From Longimicrobiales bacterium (GTDB taxonomy: Bacteria > Gemmatimonadota > Gemmatimonadetes > Longimicrobiales > Gaopeijiaceae): a DNA stretch of 64,000 nucleotides. The stretch's first letter is position 1, and each line of letters begins with the position of its first letter. Under the pieces are notes generated by a model. It was not told where the DNA came from, searched no databases, and worked only from the letters and a program-made list of their open reading frames with translations. Made by a program: the position numbers and the translations under genes. Shown piece by piece: positions 9,656-19,878 of this stretch. The DNA lies in NCBI GenBank assembly GCA_965238005.1, contig OZ250165.1, positions 160,001 through 224,000 on the forward strand, given 5' to 3'.

Positions 9656-10726
9656 GATGCCGAGGACGCTGTTGACCAGCGTCGATGTGTAGTCAACGAT
9701 GGCGATCACCTTCTCGTACGGCATGCGCGTGGGTCCGATGACCCCGATGACGCCCTTGAGGTCGCCGACACGGTATTCCGCGGTCACGAGGGTGAAGTCC
9801 CAGAGGGCCTCGGCATCGTTCTCGCCGCCGATCGTGATCTTGAGCCCGCCTTGGTGCTCCCGGCTGCCGAGGACCTGCGCAAGCAGATCTCGCTGCTCGG
9901 TGAGCTCGATGAGCCCCTTCAGTCGCTCACCGCTCGTGAACTCGGGCTGAGCCGCCAGTACACTCGTCTGACCCAGGTGCACTTCAGCCTGCGTCAAAGG
10001 CAACCAGTCGAAGAGCTCCGAGCTCGACTGCATGAAGATGTTAAGCAGCTCATCGGTGCCGGCCTGGTCGTCCGGCGAGGAGTCCCTGAGCCGCTCCGGC
10101 AACGTCTCACGAATGGCCTGTAAGGTCAGGCCGCCCAGCCGCTCGTTCAGGACCTGGGTCACGCTCGTCAGAATATCCGGCTTCACCTCGCCGGGCAGGT
10201 CGACGTACACGGTGCGCACCAACCCACTCCGGATCGTCATGACCATGAGGATCTTCGCGCTCGACACCTGAATGAGCTCCAGGTGCTCGAGGGTGGCCTC
10301 TCCGAAGCTGGGCTCCACCGCCACGCCCAATTCCTTCGACAGGAGGCTCAAGGCCCGGATCGAGCGCTGAACCAGCCTCTCCACAGCGGAAGATCCCGAG
10401 GCATCGATCTCCTCGACCAGGCGATCGCGCTCGGCATGGGTCAACGGCATCGGCCGCATGATGCGATCCACAAAGAAGCGATACGCGTGATCGGTGGGAA
10501 TGCGACCCGCCGACGTGTGCGGGTGGAAGAGATACCCCTTGGACTCGAGGTCGCTCATCGTATTCCGCACGGTGGCCGGCGACACCCCGAGCTCGAACCT
10601 CTTCGCTACCGTGCGGCTACCTGCCGGCTCGGCGAAGTCCACGTACGTGCGAACCACCGCCTCGAGCACCTGGCGCTCGCGGTCGGAAAGCTCCTGGCCG
10701 ACGGGATCCGTTCTCCTGAGGGTCAT
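9653..10726 (-). CDS. hrcA: Heat-inducible transcription repressor HrcA
   Basis: EPAGSRTVAK...VSPATVRNTMSDLE...PHTSAGRIPT and GVIGPTRMPY; upstream of dnaJ. Confidence 0.97.
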   Translation of the reverse strand: MTLRRTDPVGQELSDRERQVLEAVVRTYVDFAEPAGSRTVAKRFELGVSPATVRNTMSDLESKGYLFHPHTSAGRIPTDHAYRFFVDRIMRPMPLTHAERDRLVEEIDASGSSAVERLVQRSIRALSLLSKELGVAVEPSFGEATLEHLELIQVSSAKILMVMTIRSGLVRTVYVDLPGEVKPDILTSVTQVLNERLGGLTLQAIRETLPERLRDSSPDDQAGTDELLNIFMQSSSELFDWLPLTQAEVHLGQTSVLAAQPEFTSGERLKGLIELTEQRDLLAQVLGSREHQGGLKITIGGENDAEALWDFTLVTAEYRVGDLKGVIGVIGPTRMPYEKVIAIVDYTSTLVNSVLGI

Positions 10727-10789
10727 CTACCAGCTCACTCTTGGCATTTAGACATCGCGTTAGAAGATCGAATTCCGTTCGTTACCTCG

Positions 10790-11980
10790 TCAACGGCCTG
10801 CTACGTCATCGTCGAGCTCGACGGTGAGGCGATCCATGACCAGCCATCCGTGAGGAGTCAGGCGGGCGGCCCCCCGCTCCGCCTCCGCCAGACCACCATC
10901 GATCCAACGCTTTACTCTTTCCCGGGCGGCGGGTGGGAGATCGGCCGTCGCCACCCCCCGGCGGGTGCGCAGCCCCAGCCAGATGCGCTCGAGCCGGACC
11001 TTGTCGGCATCGAGCTCTTCGTGATCGGCTACCGGAGGGGTCGCTCCCATCGCCTTAACCCGATAGGCGTCCCAGTCCCGGAGGTTCCATCGGCGCACCG
11101 GGTGCCGGTAGCTGTGAGCTCCGTTTCCAAGCCCCAGATAGGACTCTCCGGACCAGTACACCATGTTGTGGCGTGAGGCCCGACCCGTGCGGGCGAAGTT
11201 CGACACTTCGTAGGCCTCGTAACCGGCGTCCGTCAGACGCTCCACGGCCGTGAGATACTCCCACTCGTAGCGCTCCTCGGAGGCAACCGTCTCGCGCCCT
11301 TCGGCGACGGAGCGCCCCAGGGGCGTGCCCGATTCGACGCTGAGCCCGTACAGGCTCACATGATCGGCGTCCAGCGAGAGAACTTGATGCAGATCCTCCT
11401 CCAGGTCCCGCCCCAGGTGTTCGGGCAGCCCGAAGATCAGATCCACGCTGACGTTGTCGAACCCCGCAGCCCGTGCGGTGCGGACCGCCTCCCGTGCGCC
11501 AGCGGCGCCGTGGAGCCGCCCCATCCATCGCAGAGAGGCTTCTTGGAAGCTCTGGACCCCGAGGCTCACGCGATTCACCCCAGCCCTCTTCCAGCCTTCG
11601 GCCACTTCTCTCGTGAAGCTCTCGGGGTTCGCCTCGCTCGTCCATTCCAGATGGGCGGAGCCCAGGCGGGCCGGGCTCACCAGCCTTCGGATCCCCTCCA
11701 TCGCTGCGGGACCCAAAAGGGACGGCGTCCCGCCGCCTATGTAGAGGGTGTCCAGAGAAGCGTCGAGCACGAAGGCTCCTTCCTCTTCCAACGAGCGGAG
11801 CTCCCCGCCGATCGCGGCGAGCCACTCCTCCGGGTCGCCCTGGGGCGTCACCTTGACCGCGAAGTCACAGTAGAAGCAACGGCGCGAGCAAAAAGGGGCG
11901 TGGATGTAAAGCGAGCGGATTCGGTCGCCTTCGGCCGCCGGCTCGTCGAGCCGCACCGGGCGGGGCGGGGCGGTGGTCAT
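10790..11980 (-). CDS. hemW: Radical SAM heme chaperone HemW (HemN-like)
   Basis: YIHAPFCSRRCFYCDF, GGGTPS, EANP, YEVSNFAR...HN; usual position next to hrcA. Confidence 0.92.
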   Translation of the reverse strand: MTTAPPRPVRLDEPAAEGDRIRSLYIHAPFCSRRCFYCDFAVKVTPQGDPEEWLAAIGGELRSLEEEGAFVLDASLDTLYIGGGTPSLLGPAAMEGIRRLVSPARLGSAHLEWTSEANPESFTREVAEGWKRAGVNRVSLGVQSFQEASLRWMGRLHGAAGAREAVRTARAAGFDNVSVDLIFGLPEHLGRDLEEDLHQVLSLDADHVSLYGLSVESGTPLGRSVAEGRETVASEERYEWEYLTAVERLTDAGYEAYEVSNFARTGRASRHNMVYWSGESYLGLGNGAHSYRHPVRRWNLRDWDAYRVKAMGATPPVADHEELDADKVRLERIWLGLRTRRGVATADLPPAARERVKRWIDGGLAEAERGAARLTPHGWLVMDRLTVELDDDVAGR

Positions 11981-13155
11981 TCAGATGCCTTGCGGAAGCG
12001 CATTCCGGCCTCCTGGGCGACCCACCCGGCCACCTCCAGCTCGGTGAGGACCGCCAGCACGCTGCCCGAGTCGAGCCGGGTGAGGTGCGCCAGCTTCTCG
12101 ATTCCGACGGGCTGCTCGTCCAACACTCCCCAGACTCGACGCGCCACGGGGGTCAGGCGCCCCGGCTCCGCGGTCCGCCCACAGGTCTCGGGCGAACCGG
12201 CCACCGGGTCCGCGTCCCGTCGACCTTCGCCACGCCCCTCGTCGCGATGACCCACACCGAGAAGGTCGAGCTCACGCGCGAAGTCCATCGCAGAAGTGAC
12301 GACGTGGGCCCCTTGCTGGAGGAGGGCGTTGCACCCCCGGCTCTGGGGGGCGTCGACGGGTCCAGGCACGGCGTACACGTCGCGACCCAGGTCGAGGGCG
12401 TGCTCCACCGTGATGAACGCTCCGCTCCGCTCGCCGGCCTCCACCACCACGACCGCCGCGCCGAGAGCCGCGAGGATGCGATTCCTCCGGGGGAAGTGAT
12501 GGCCCCGGGCGGGCTCGCCCGGAAGAAATTCCGACAGGAGGAGACCCTCCCGGGCGATTCGGTGACCCAGTGCGCGATGGGAGGACGGCTGAATCAGATC
12601 GACGCCGGAACCGAGCACGGCGATGGTGTCCCCCCCAAACTCCAAGGCACCCCGGTGAGCGGCTCCGTCGATCCCCAGCGCCAATCCGCTCACCACCACG
12701 ACGCCCCGACCGGCCATCTGCGCGGCCAGCCTCTCCGCCACCCTACGGCCATACTCGGTGGAGCGGCGGGAACCCACTACGGTCACGGCCGGGCCGGACA
12801 GGAGCCCGAGATCGCCACGGCAGAAGAGGAGCGCAGGAGGGTCGGTGAGCTGGCGCAGCCGCCCGGGGTATTCCCGGTCACGCCACGTGAGGACCCGCAT
12901 CTCGGACGCGGTGCACCGCTGCAAGGCGCGCTCGACCCGCTCATTCAGCTCCGGCGTTCTGAGGGCGGCCGCCGCGCGGAAGCCCGCCACGGCGTTCAGG
13001 TGAGAGGAGGGCGCCTCCAGCGCGGCGACGCCGGAGCCGAATCGCTCCAGGATCCGCCACAGGGTCCGGCTTCCCACCCGGGGAAGGCAGTGGAGTCGCA
13101 TGACGGCCTCGACCTCACGAGCACGCTCCGGGGACCAACTCTTCAGGGAGTCCAC
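11977..13155 (-). CDS. dprA: DNA-processing protein DprA
   Basis: VVGSRRST, SGLALGIDGAAH, HFPRRNRILA, VEAGERSG motifs; start approximate. Confidence 0.94.
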   Translation of the reverse strand: MDSLKSWSPERAREVEAVMRLHCLPRVGSRTLWRILERFGSGVAALEAPSSHLNAVAGFRAAAALRTPELNERVERALQRCTASEMRVLTWRDREYPGRLRQLTDPPALLFCRGDLGLLSGPAVTVVGSRRSTEYGRRVAERLAAQMAGRGVVVVSGLALGIDGAAHRGALEFGGDTIAVLGSGVDLIQPSSHRALGHRIAREGLLLSEFLPGEPARGHHFPRRNRILAALGAAVVVVEAGERSGAFITVEHALDLGRDVYAVPGPVDAPQSRGCNALLQQGAHVVTSAMDFARELDLLGVGHRDEGRGEGRRDADPVAGSPETCGRTAEPGRLTPVARRVWGVLDEQPVGIEKLAHLTRLDSGSVLAVLTELEVAGWVAQEAGMRFRKASE

Positions 13156-14168
13156 CAATCCTCGTCCTCGTCCCCCTCGTCCTCTTGGATGGCTTCCCGC
13201 GTGCGCTCCCAAAGGCCCTCCAGGAGATCCGTGAGTCCGGATTGGGCTACGGATGATATCACCAAGGTCGCCCACGCTTCGGGGGCGTCGATCTCGGGCG
13301 GCGAATCTTCCGGGCCCAGGAGGTCGGCCTTGGTGAGCACCACGCAGTGCGGCCGTGCACCCAATTCCGCGGAGTATGCCGCCAGCTCGTCCCGCAGCTC
13401 CCTGTACTCGGCCTGAGGGTCCCGCGAATCCACGGGAATCAACAACGCCAGCGTTCGCGTCCGCTCGATGTGGCGTAGGAACTGGAGCCCCAGACCCTTG
13501 CCCTCGTGCGCCCCGTCGATGATCCCAGGAATGTCGGTGATGGCAAAGGTGCGGAAGTCCGAAAGCTCTACCACTCCGAGGTTCGGCTCCAGGGTCGTGA
13601 AGGGATAGTCCGCCACTTTGGGGCGTGCCCTGGATATCGTTGCCAGCAGCGTCGACTTGCCGGCGTTGGGCTCACCTACGAGGCCGACATCGGCGATCAG
13701 TTTGAGCTCCAGCTCGACCCGACGCTCCTCTCCCTGCTCGCCCGGTTCCCAGCGGACGGGCGTCTGGTTCGTCGGCGTGGTGAAGTGGACGTTGCCCCGG
13801 CCCCCTCGCCCCCCTCGAGCCACCACGAGCCGGTCCTCGGCTTTCAGGAGCTCACCGAGGACCTCCTGCGTATCGGCGTCCTTCAGCACCGTTCCCGGCG
13901 GCACCCGGATGATGAGGTCCGTGCCGCTCTTGCCTGTCTTGTTCTTCCCCGAGCCGTGGAGACCCCGCTCGGCCCGGTGGTGCTGGCGGTAGCGGAGGTC
14001 CAGCAGCGTGGTGAGCTGCGGATCGGCCACCATGACCACGTCCCCCCCGTGGCCGCCGTCCCCACCGGCGGGTCCACCTCGGGGTACGCCCTTCTCACGA
14101 CGGTACGCTTCGGATCCGGCGCCTCCCGCTCCTCCGTACACGCTGATGACGGTCCTGTCGACGAACAT
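13143..14168 (-). CDS. obgE: GTPase ObgE
   Basis: MFVD start, Gly-rich Obg fold, GEPNAGKST, YPFTT, DIPG, TKAD. Confidence 0.97.
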   Translation of the reverse strand: MFVDRTVISVYGGAGGAGSEAYRREKGVPRGGPAGGDGGHGGDVVMVADPQLTTLLDLRYRQHHRAERGLHGSGKNKTGKSGTDLIIRVPPGTVLKDADTQEVLGELLKAEDRLVVARGGRGGRGNVHFTTPTNQTPVRWEPGEQGEERRVELELKLIADVGLVGEPNAGKSTLLATISRARPKVADYPFTTLEPNLGVVELSDFRTFAITDIPGIIDGAHEGKGLGLQFLRHIERTRTLALLIPVDSRDPQAEYRELRDELAAYSAELGARPHCVVLTKADLLGPEDSPPEIDAPEAWATLVISSVAQSGLTDLLEGLWERTREAIQEDEGDEDEDWWTP

Positions 14169-14770
14169 CAGGCGACGTGCCTTTCCTGGACTTTCTCCCA
14201 CACCTTCATCGACGCGCGGCGCCCGTCCTCGTCCAGGTAGGGGTCGGCCTGAGCCAAGGCCTCTTCGACGTCCGACGCATCGGCTCCGACGTTCAGCGCT
14301 CCGCGGAGGTGGGAGTAGAGCTGCTTCGGGGCTTCCAGCACGGCCAGGCTCGCAACGATGCACAGCTCTCGGATCGTCAGAGGCAGCCCCGGCCTTCCAA
14401 GAACCTTGCCGTACCCTTCCACCACCATCCACTGCTCGAGGTCCGGGTGCAGGGCCCGAACGGTCTCGCGCAGCTTCTCGTACTGGCCCGCGTACACCGA
14501 GCCGCAGACTTCGTGGCCCCGGTCCTCCCATCCAAGCCAGTCCGGCTCCTGGGGCGCCGACGGCACCGTGTCGGAAAACCGGCGCCACGCGGCCATGCCG
14601 TTCAGGGATGCCGGGAATCCGAGAAAGAGGTAGGACTGGAGGAGCACCTCCTCTACCTGGCGGCTGTCGGCCACCCCACGAGCCCCTTCGAAGGCGGACC
14701 TCAGGGCTGCCTTGCCTCTGGAAGCGAGGGCCGCGCTAATGCGGACCAGAGACCGCTCACCATCCGTCAT
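14168..14770 (-). CDS. Carboxymuconolactone decarboxylase/AhpD-like family protein
   Basis: EVLLQSYLFLGFP, EGYGKVLGRPGL..RELCIV, QLYSHLRGALNVGA; overlaps both neighbours. Confidence 0.85.
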   Translation of the reverse strand: MTDGERSLVRISAALASRGKAALRSAFEGARGVADSRQVEEVLLQSYLFLGFPASLNGMAAWRRFSDTVPSAPQEPDWLGWEDRGHEVCGSVYAGQYEKLRETVRALHPDLEQWMVVEGYGKVLGRPGLPLTIRELCIVASLAVLEAPKQLYSHLRGALNVGADASDVEEALAQADPYLDEDGRRASMKVWEKVQERHVA

Positions 14771-15753
14771 CCGTGCCGCTCCAGCTCGAACTCCGGTCGG
14801 ATGTCGCCCACCTCCACTCCTCGGCTGCTGATCGTGGGCGGTGCGCGGAAGCGATCCAGCTCCCCGCTCTCGATCCCGTCGAGCACGCCCAGCTTCCTCA
14901 GGATGTGAAGGACCGCCACGGGACTGGCCCTACTGCCGCCATCCTCCACCTTCACGGCCAGCCCGAACGATCCGTCGGTGGCACCCACCCCGAACACTCC
15001 CTCGGCTCCCGTCTTGCCGAACACGCGGTCTCCAACCGCCTCACCAAGAGCCGTCCCGAAGCGGCCCGTGCCGGCGACCATGCACGGGTGGGCGGTCATA
15101 GCTCGCACGATCTCTCTCGGCGGCCCCTCCGTACCCCCCAACCTCGCGAAGCCGGAAGCAAGTCGCGAGATAGGGGTGGCAAAGCAGACTACCCCACACC
15201 CGTCCTGCCCAGGTCCGATCTCGCCTTCGGCGAGTCCCGTCCATAGAGCGATCTCGGCGAGCATCCTCCTCTGCACCGGGTGGTCAGGACCGATGTATCC
15301 CTTAGTGGGCCAGCAATGAGTCTTGGCCAGAGCCAACATGCCGGCGTGCTTTCCGGAGCAGTTGTTGTGGATCGGCCTCGGCTCCTCACCGGCGCGTAGG
15401 AGCTGGTGCGCCGCACGTTCGTCCCACGGAAGATGCGGGCCACACTCCAGATCCCCCTCCACTAGGCCCGCTTTCTCCAAGATGGATCGAGCCGCTTCAA
15501 TGTGCTCCGGCTCGCTGTTGTGGGAAGCGCAACAGAGTGCCAGCTCCTCCGTCGTGAGCCCGAATCGCTCCACGACCCCGTCTTCCACCAGAGGCACGGC
15601 CTGGAAGGGTTTCGCGGCGGACCGGTAGACGACGACATGCTCGGGATCTCCGACGCTGGCCGTCAGGCGACCGTCTCCGTCGACGACGGCGGCATGCACC
15701 CGATGGACCGCTTCGACGATTCCGCCGCGGCGAGCCACCACCACGGAGCTCAT
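14767..15753 (-). CDS. L-asparaginase II (Rhizobium AnsA-type)
   Basis: RSAAKPFQA, CASHNSE, HNNCSGKHAGML, DGCG, KTGAEG, KVEDG. Confidence 0.92.
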   Translation of the reverse strand: MSSVVVARRGGIVEAVHRVHAAVVDGDGRLTASVGDPEHVVVYRSAAKPFQAVPLVEDGVVERFGLTTEELALCCASHNSEPEHIEAARSILEKAGLVEGDLECGPHLPWDERAAHQLLRAGEEPRPIHNNCSGKHAGMLALAKTHCWPTKGYIGPDHPVQRRMLAEIALWTGLAEGEIGPGQDGCGVVCFATPISRLASGFARLGGTEGPPREIVRAMTAHPCMVAGTGRFGTALGEAVGDRVFGKTGAEGVFGVGATDGSFGLAVKVEDGGSRASPVAVLHILRKLGVLDGIESGELDRFRAPPTISSRGVEVGDIRPEFELERHG

Positions 15754-15930
15754 GGTCGGCGTACCTCGCGATGGCACGGAACGTGGAGAACGAGCATCTA
15801 CTCTACCGGATGGGTCGGGGCCCTCGAAGGGCTCGATGGGTCGGCACAGGCCGACTCCACACCCCGAACGCGCTTAGGATGATCGGTGGCACGGTGGGGA
15901 TCAAGGTGCGGGGTGAACCGCGGCCACTAC

Positions 15931-16114
15931 TAGTGTTCCGTTGCCAAGGTTCGCGAGCCACCAAGAGGATCGGGGCGCCGTGGGATCAAGGCGGGACGAC
16001 GCGGCGTAGCGCAAGCGGGCACCGCGCGAAGCGTGGTCGTAAGGAGTCCCAACGCCGAGCCGACGGATGCACCGTGCCCTCGACTGGCCGAGACACTTTG
16101 GCAACGGGACACTA
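15931..16114. mobile_element. MITE-like repeat family A, full-length copy A2 (184 bp)
   Basis: TIRs TAGTGTTCCGTTGCCAAGG...CTTTGGCAACGGGACACTA; same length as and collinear with 9472-9655; ends 2 bp from the S41 peptidase stop. Confidence 0.85.
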
Positions 16115-16116
16115 AG

Positions 16117-17799
16117 TCAGTTCGAGCCCGAAGCCCCGGACGGCACCGCTTCCGCAGCAGTCTCGCTGTCGGGACCCTGGGAGTCACCGGCCGCGCGGAA
16201 CAGCGTCTGTGGCGACTCGGAGCTCTGGAGAAGCTCGATAGCCTTGTTGAGCTGAACGTCCTCGTCCCGGATCTGCCGGAAGGCGTCCTCCCTGTCCCAC
16301 GCCTGCACGGCGATCTGTTTCTCGAGCTGATACATGACGAAGCGACTGGCCGTCTCATAGTCGGCCCGTTCTAGCTCAACCTCGTGCTCGTCCACCAGAT
16401 AGCGGTAAAAGCGATCCAGGTCGGAGGCAGACGGGGTGAAGCCGATCTGCAGGTCGGGATGCTCCTGCACGTAGCTCACGGCGAAGTTGAAGAGCGCGGT
16501 AGCAAAAACCCCCGCGGAGCGGAAGACCCGCTGAACCGCAGCCTGCTCGGCGAGCGTCAGCGTGTCGGGCAACACGGTCAGATCGGGTGTGATGCCCCCA
16601 CCGGCGTAGAGAGTCCGCCCTCCCATGGACTGGGCCGTAGGTCGTCCCTCCGGATTATCCTTCAGCACCCGCTGGCCATCGCGGCCCAGGGTCGAGCTCT
16701 GAGGCGCCCGAGAAGCCTCCTGCTCCTCACGGGTCATGTGGATGGACCGGCCCATCGGTGTATACCACCGAGCCGTGGTCAGCCGGAGGATGTTGCCCCC
16801 GCTGAGACGGTAGAGGGTCTGTACCGAGCCCTTGCCATAGCTCCGGCTGCCGATGACGAGGGCCCGATCGTGGTCCTGCAGCGCACCTGCCACGATCTCC
16901 GAGGAGCTGGCGCTGTTCTGGTTCACCATGACGACCACGGGAAGGCCCGGGAGCAACTCCGGCCTCACGGCGGCGTAGCGCTGGTTCTGCCCGGCGGCGC
17001 GTCCCCTCGTCTCCAGGATGGCAGCCGAATTGGGCAGGAACATGTCGGCGACGGCCACACCCTCGTCCAACAGCCCACCCGGATTGTTCCTGAGATCCAA
17101 GATGACAGAGGTCATCCCTTGAGCCTGGAGGCTCTCGATCGCCTCCCGCATCTCGCGACCCGAGGTCTCGCTGAACACCTGAAGCGGGATGTAGCCCACG
17201 CCATCGTCCACCATCAGCGAGAAGGGCACGGACAGGAGCTCGATGACGTCCCGGGTGAGCTTGAATGGGATGGCCTCATCGACGCCGGGACGGCGGATCA
17301 TCATCTCCACCTCGGTCCCAGGGGTACCGCGCAGCCGGTCGGCGGCTCGATCGGTCTCCCAGTCCTCTGCCGACTCGCCCTCGACCTCGACGATCTGATC
17401 GCCGGCGCGTATGCCGGCTCGAATGGCCGGCCCGCCGGGCAGCGGTGTGATGACGGTCACCCAGCCGTCCCTCTTCGAGATCTCGAGGCCCACGCCTCCG
17501 TAGTCGGCGTCGGCGCCGCTCCGGAAGCGGAAGCTCTCCCATGTCGCGGCATCGATGAACGACGTGTGGGGGTCGCCCAGGTCTTCCAGAACACCCTCGA
17601 TGGCGGACTCGATGAGGCCGGACCGATCCACGGGATCGACGAACTGCTCCGAGATGTGCTCGATGACCTCCCGGAACAGCCTCGCCTGCACGTAGACGTT
17701 GGCCTCCTGTCCCACGCCGCGCTGGAGGAACCACCCCCCCGTGACGAGGGCGATGGCCAGCACGACCGCCGGGCCAAGGATCGATCTGGGATCTCTCAT
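16117..17799 (-). CDS. S41 family C-terminal processing peptidase (CtpA/Prc-like)
   Basis: N-terminal TM, PDZ domain, DLRNNPGG, SASSSEIVAGALQD, SYGKGSVQ, GGITPD. Confidence 0.94.
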   Translation of the reverse strand: MRDPRSILGPAVVLAIALVTGGWFLQRGVGQEANVYVQARLFREVIEHISEQFVDPVDRSGLIESAIEGVLEDLGDPHTSFIDAATWESFRFRSGADADYGGVGLEISKRDGWVTVITPLPGGPAIRAGIRAGDQIVEVEGESAEDWETDRAADRLRGTPGTEVEMMIRRPGVDEAIPFKLTRDVIELLSVPFSLMVDDGVGYIPLQVFSETSGREMREAIESLQAQGMTSVILDLRNNPGGLLDEGVAVADMFLPNSAAILETRGRAAGQNQRYAAVRPELLPGLPVVVMVNQNSASSSEIVAGALQDHDRALVIGSRSYGKGSVQTLYRLSGGNILRLTTARWYTPMGRSIHMTREEQEASRAPQSSTLGRDGQRVLKDNPEGRPTAQSMGGRTLYAGGGITPDLTVLPDTLTLAEQAAVQRVFRSAGVFATALFNFAVSYVQEHPDLQIGFTPSASDLDRFYRYLVDEHEVELERADYETASRFVMYQLEKQIAVQAWDREDAFRQIRDEDVQLNKAIELLQSSESPQTLFRAAGDSQGPDSETAAEAVPSGASGSN

Positions 17800-17843
17800 C
17801 TCTGCTCCAACCCATGAGTCCTTCCGCTCACCTTCCAAGAAAA

Positions 17844-18512
17844 CTACTCCTCAAGCAGGGCGAAAGTTGCGGGCATCTCACGGTGAAGCGCAGCCCTCAC
17901 CCGAGTGTGCACCTCATCGGCCGTCCCGCGGGCGTCGATGAGGTGCGCCCGCCCGTCGCTCTCCACGAGCTCGTGATACCCCGCTCGAACCGCCTCCAGG
18001 AAGTCATTCCCGGCAAGCTCGAGGCGATCGTCCTCGTTGCCGCCGGCCTTCTGCCTGGCTCTGCCCGCTTCCACCGGGAGGTCGAACACGAGGTAGAGAT
18101 CGGGGACGAGGCCATCCGTGGCGAAGCGGTCCAGGCGGCGCACCTCTTCCAGGTCCAGCCCCCTCCCATACCCCTGATACGCGTACGTGGACATAGAGAA
18201 CCGGTCGGCGATGAAGAGCTCGCCGCGCTCGAGCACCGGACGGACGATCTCACACACGAAAGCGGCCCTCGCCGCCAGATAGAGCAGGAGCTCGGCCTCG
18301 CGGGGTACCGTGAGATCGGGGCGGCCTTGCACCACGTGCCGGATCGCCTCGCCCACCTCGGTGCCTCCCGGCTCCCGGGCAAGCGTGAACCTCACACCGC
18401 ACGACTCCAGCCACTCGACCAGGAGGCGGGCCTGTGTGGTCTTCCCGGCCCCCTCCACGCCCTCCAGCACCAGAAAGGGCCCGCGCTCGGGTGGGTCTAC
18501 CGATGGCGACAC
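17844..18512 (-). CDS. tmk: Thymidylate kinase
   Basis: EGVEGAGKTTQ, REPGGT, DRFSMSTYAYQGYGRG. Confidence 0.96.
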   Translation of the reverse strand: MSPSVDPPERGPFLVLEGVEGAGKTTQARLLVEWLESCGVRFTLAREPGGTEVGEAIRHVVQGRPDLTVPREAELLLYLAARAAFVCEIVRPVLERGELFIADRFSMSTYAYQGYGRGLDLEEVRRLDRFATDGLVPDLYLVFDLPVEAGRARQKAGGNEDDRLELAGNDFLEAVRAGYHELVESDGRAHLIDARGTADEVHTRVRAALHREMPATFALLEE

Positions 18513-18533
18513 GTCGTCAGTCCGTTCCCTTGG

Positions 18534-19847
18534 CTACTCATAGCACTCGCGACCCAGGTGCGTGATCTGCTCTTCCCCGGAGAGCCACCGGAGCGTGTTC
18601 TTCAGCTTCCAGTGCTGGATGAACAGATCGTGCTCGGGGTAGAGGCCCGGAGCGCACTGGGGGCTCTTGAAGTAGAAGGAGAGCCACTCCTGGATGCCCC
18701 CCAGCCCAGCCCGCCCCGCAAGGTCCATGAACAAGGCCAGATCCAGGACGATGGGCGCCGCCAGGATGGAGTCCTTGCAGAGGAAGTTGACCTTGATCTG
18801 CATGGGATAGCCCAGCCATCCGAAGATGTCGATGTTGTCCCACCCCTCCTTGTCGTCCCCGCGGGGCGGATAGTAGTTGATCCGTACCTTGTGGTAGATG
18901 TCGCCGTAGAGGTCCGGGTAGAGGGCGGGCTGCAGGATGTGGTCGATGACGCCCAGCTTCGACGCTTCCTTCGTCTTGAAGCTGGCCGGGTCATCCAAGA
19001 CGGCCCCGTCGCGGTTCCCGAGTATGTTGGTGCTGAACCAACCCCTGATCCCTAGCATGCGCGCCTTGAATCCGGGGGCCAGGATGGTCTTCATGAGAGT
19101 CTGGCCCGTCTTGAAGTCCTTCCCCCCGATGGGGATGGCGTTCTCCTTGGAGTAGCTCTCGAAGGCAGGGAAGTCCGCAGACAGGTTCGGAGCGCCGTTG
19201 GCGTAGGGAATCCCCTCCATGAGTGCCGCGTACGCGTACAGCATGCTCGGAGCAATGGAGGGGTCGTTCTCCTCCATGGCCTTCTCGAAGGACTCCATCG
19301 TCTCGTGTGTCGGTCCCGGGCGGAGAAAAATCTCCGTGGACCCGCACCAGACCATGACCAGCCGGTCGCAGCCGTTCTCTTCCTTGAAGTTCCTGATGTC
19401 CTCGCGGATCTGCTCCGCGATCTCCCGCTTGTTGGCTCCAGTCTTCTTGTTGGATCCGTCCAGTCGGGTCACATACTCGGGGTCGAAGGCCGCTGGCATG
19501 GGCTTGATGGCGGCGAGCTCGTCCTTGATGGGATCGAAGTGCTCCGATCTCAGCACCCCAGCATTCACGGCGCTCTCGTAGGCGTTGTCCGGGATGGGAT
19601 CCCACCCGCCGAAGACGATCTGATCCAGCTCCGCCAGACCGATGAAGTCCTTGATCAGCGGAGTGCGGTCGTCGATACGCTGGCCCAGCCGGATGGCGTT
19701 CATCTGGGTGAGGCTTCCGATGGGCTTGGCCAGACCCTTCCGGGCGAGCAGGACGCCCGCGATGGTGGTGGTGGCCACGGCTCCCATGCCCGGAAGCAGG
19801 ACCCCCAAGCGCCCTTCAGCGGACCGAATCTCAGGACGTTCGTTCAC
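18534..19847 (-). CDS. ino1: myo-Inositol-1-phosphate synthase
   Basis: GMGAVATT, GKDFKTGQTLMK, WFSTNILGNRDG, DDKEGWD, DSILAAP. Confidence 0.93.
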   Translation of the reverse strand: MNERPEIRSAEGRLGVLLPGMGAVATTTIAGVLLARKGLAKPIGSLTQMNAIRLGQRIDDRTPLIKDFIGLAELDQIVFGGWDPIPDNAYESAVNAGVLRSEHFDPIKDELAAIKPMPAAFDPEYVTRLDGSNKKTGANKREIAEQIREDIRNFKEENGCDRLVMVWCGSTEIFLRPGPTHETMESFEKAMEENDPSIAPSMLYAYAALMEGIPYANGAPNLSADFPAFESYSKENAIPIGGKDFKTGQTLMKTILAPGFKARMLGIRGWFSTNILGNRDGAVLDDPASFKTKEASKLGVIDHILQPALYPDLYGDIYHKVRINYYPPRGDDKEGWDNIDIFGWLGYPMQIKVNFLCKDSILAAPIVLDLALFMDLAGRAGLGGIQEWLSFYFKSPQCAPGLYPEHDLFIQHWKLKNTLRWLSGEEQITHLGRECYE

Positions 19848-19878
19848 TTGTATCTCCTTCGTTCGCGATTCGGGCTCC

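Noticed and set aside
10727..10790. CIRCE operator upstream of hrcA
   Set aside because: Only a degenerate half-site (TTGGCATTT) is present, with no inverted partner at 9-nt spacing.
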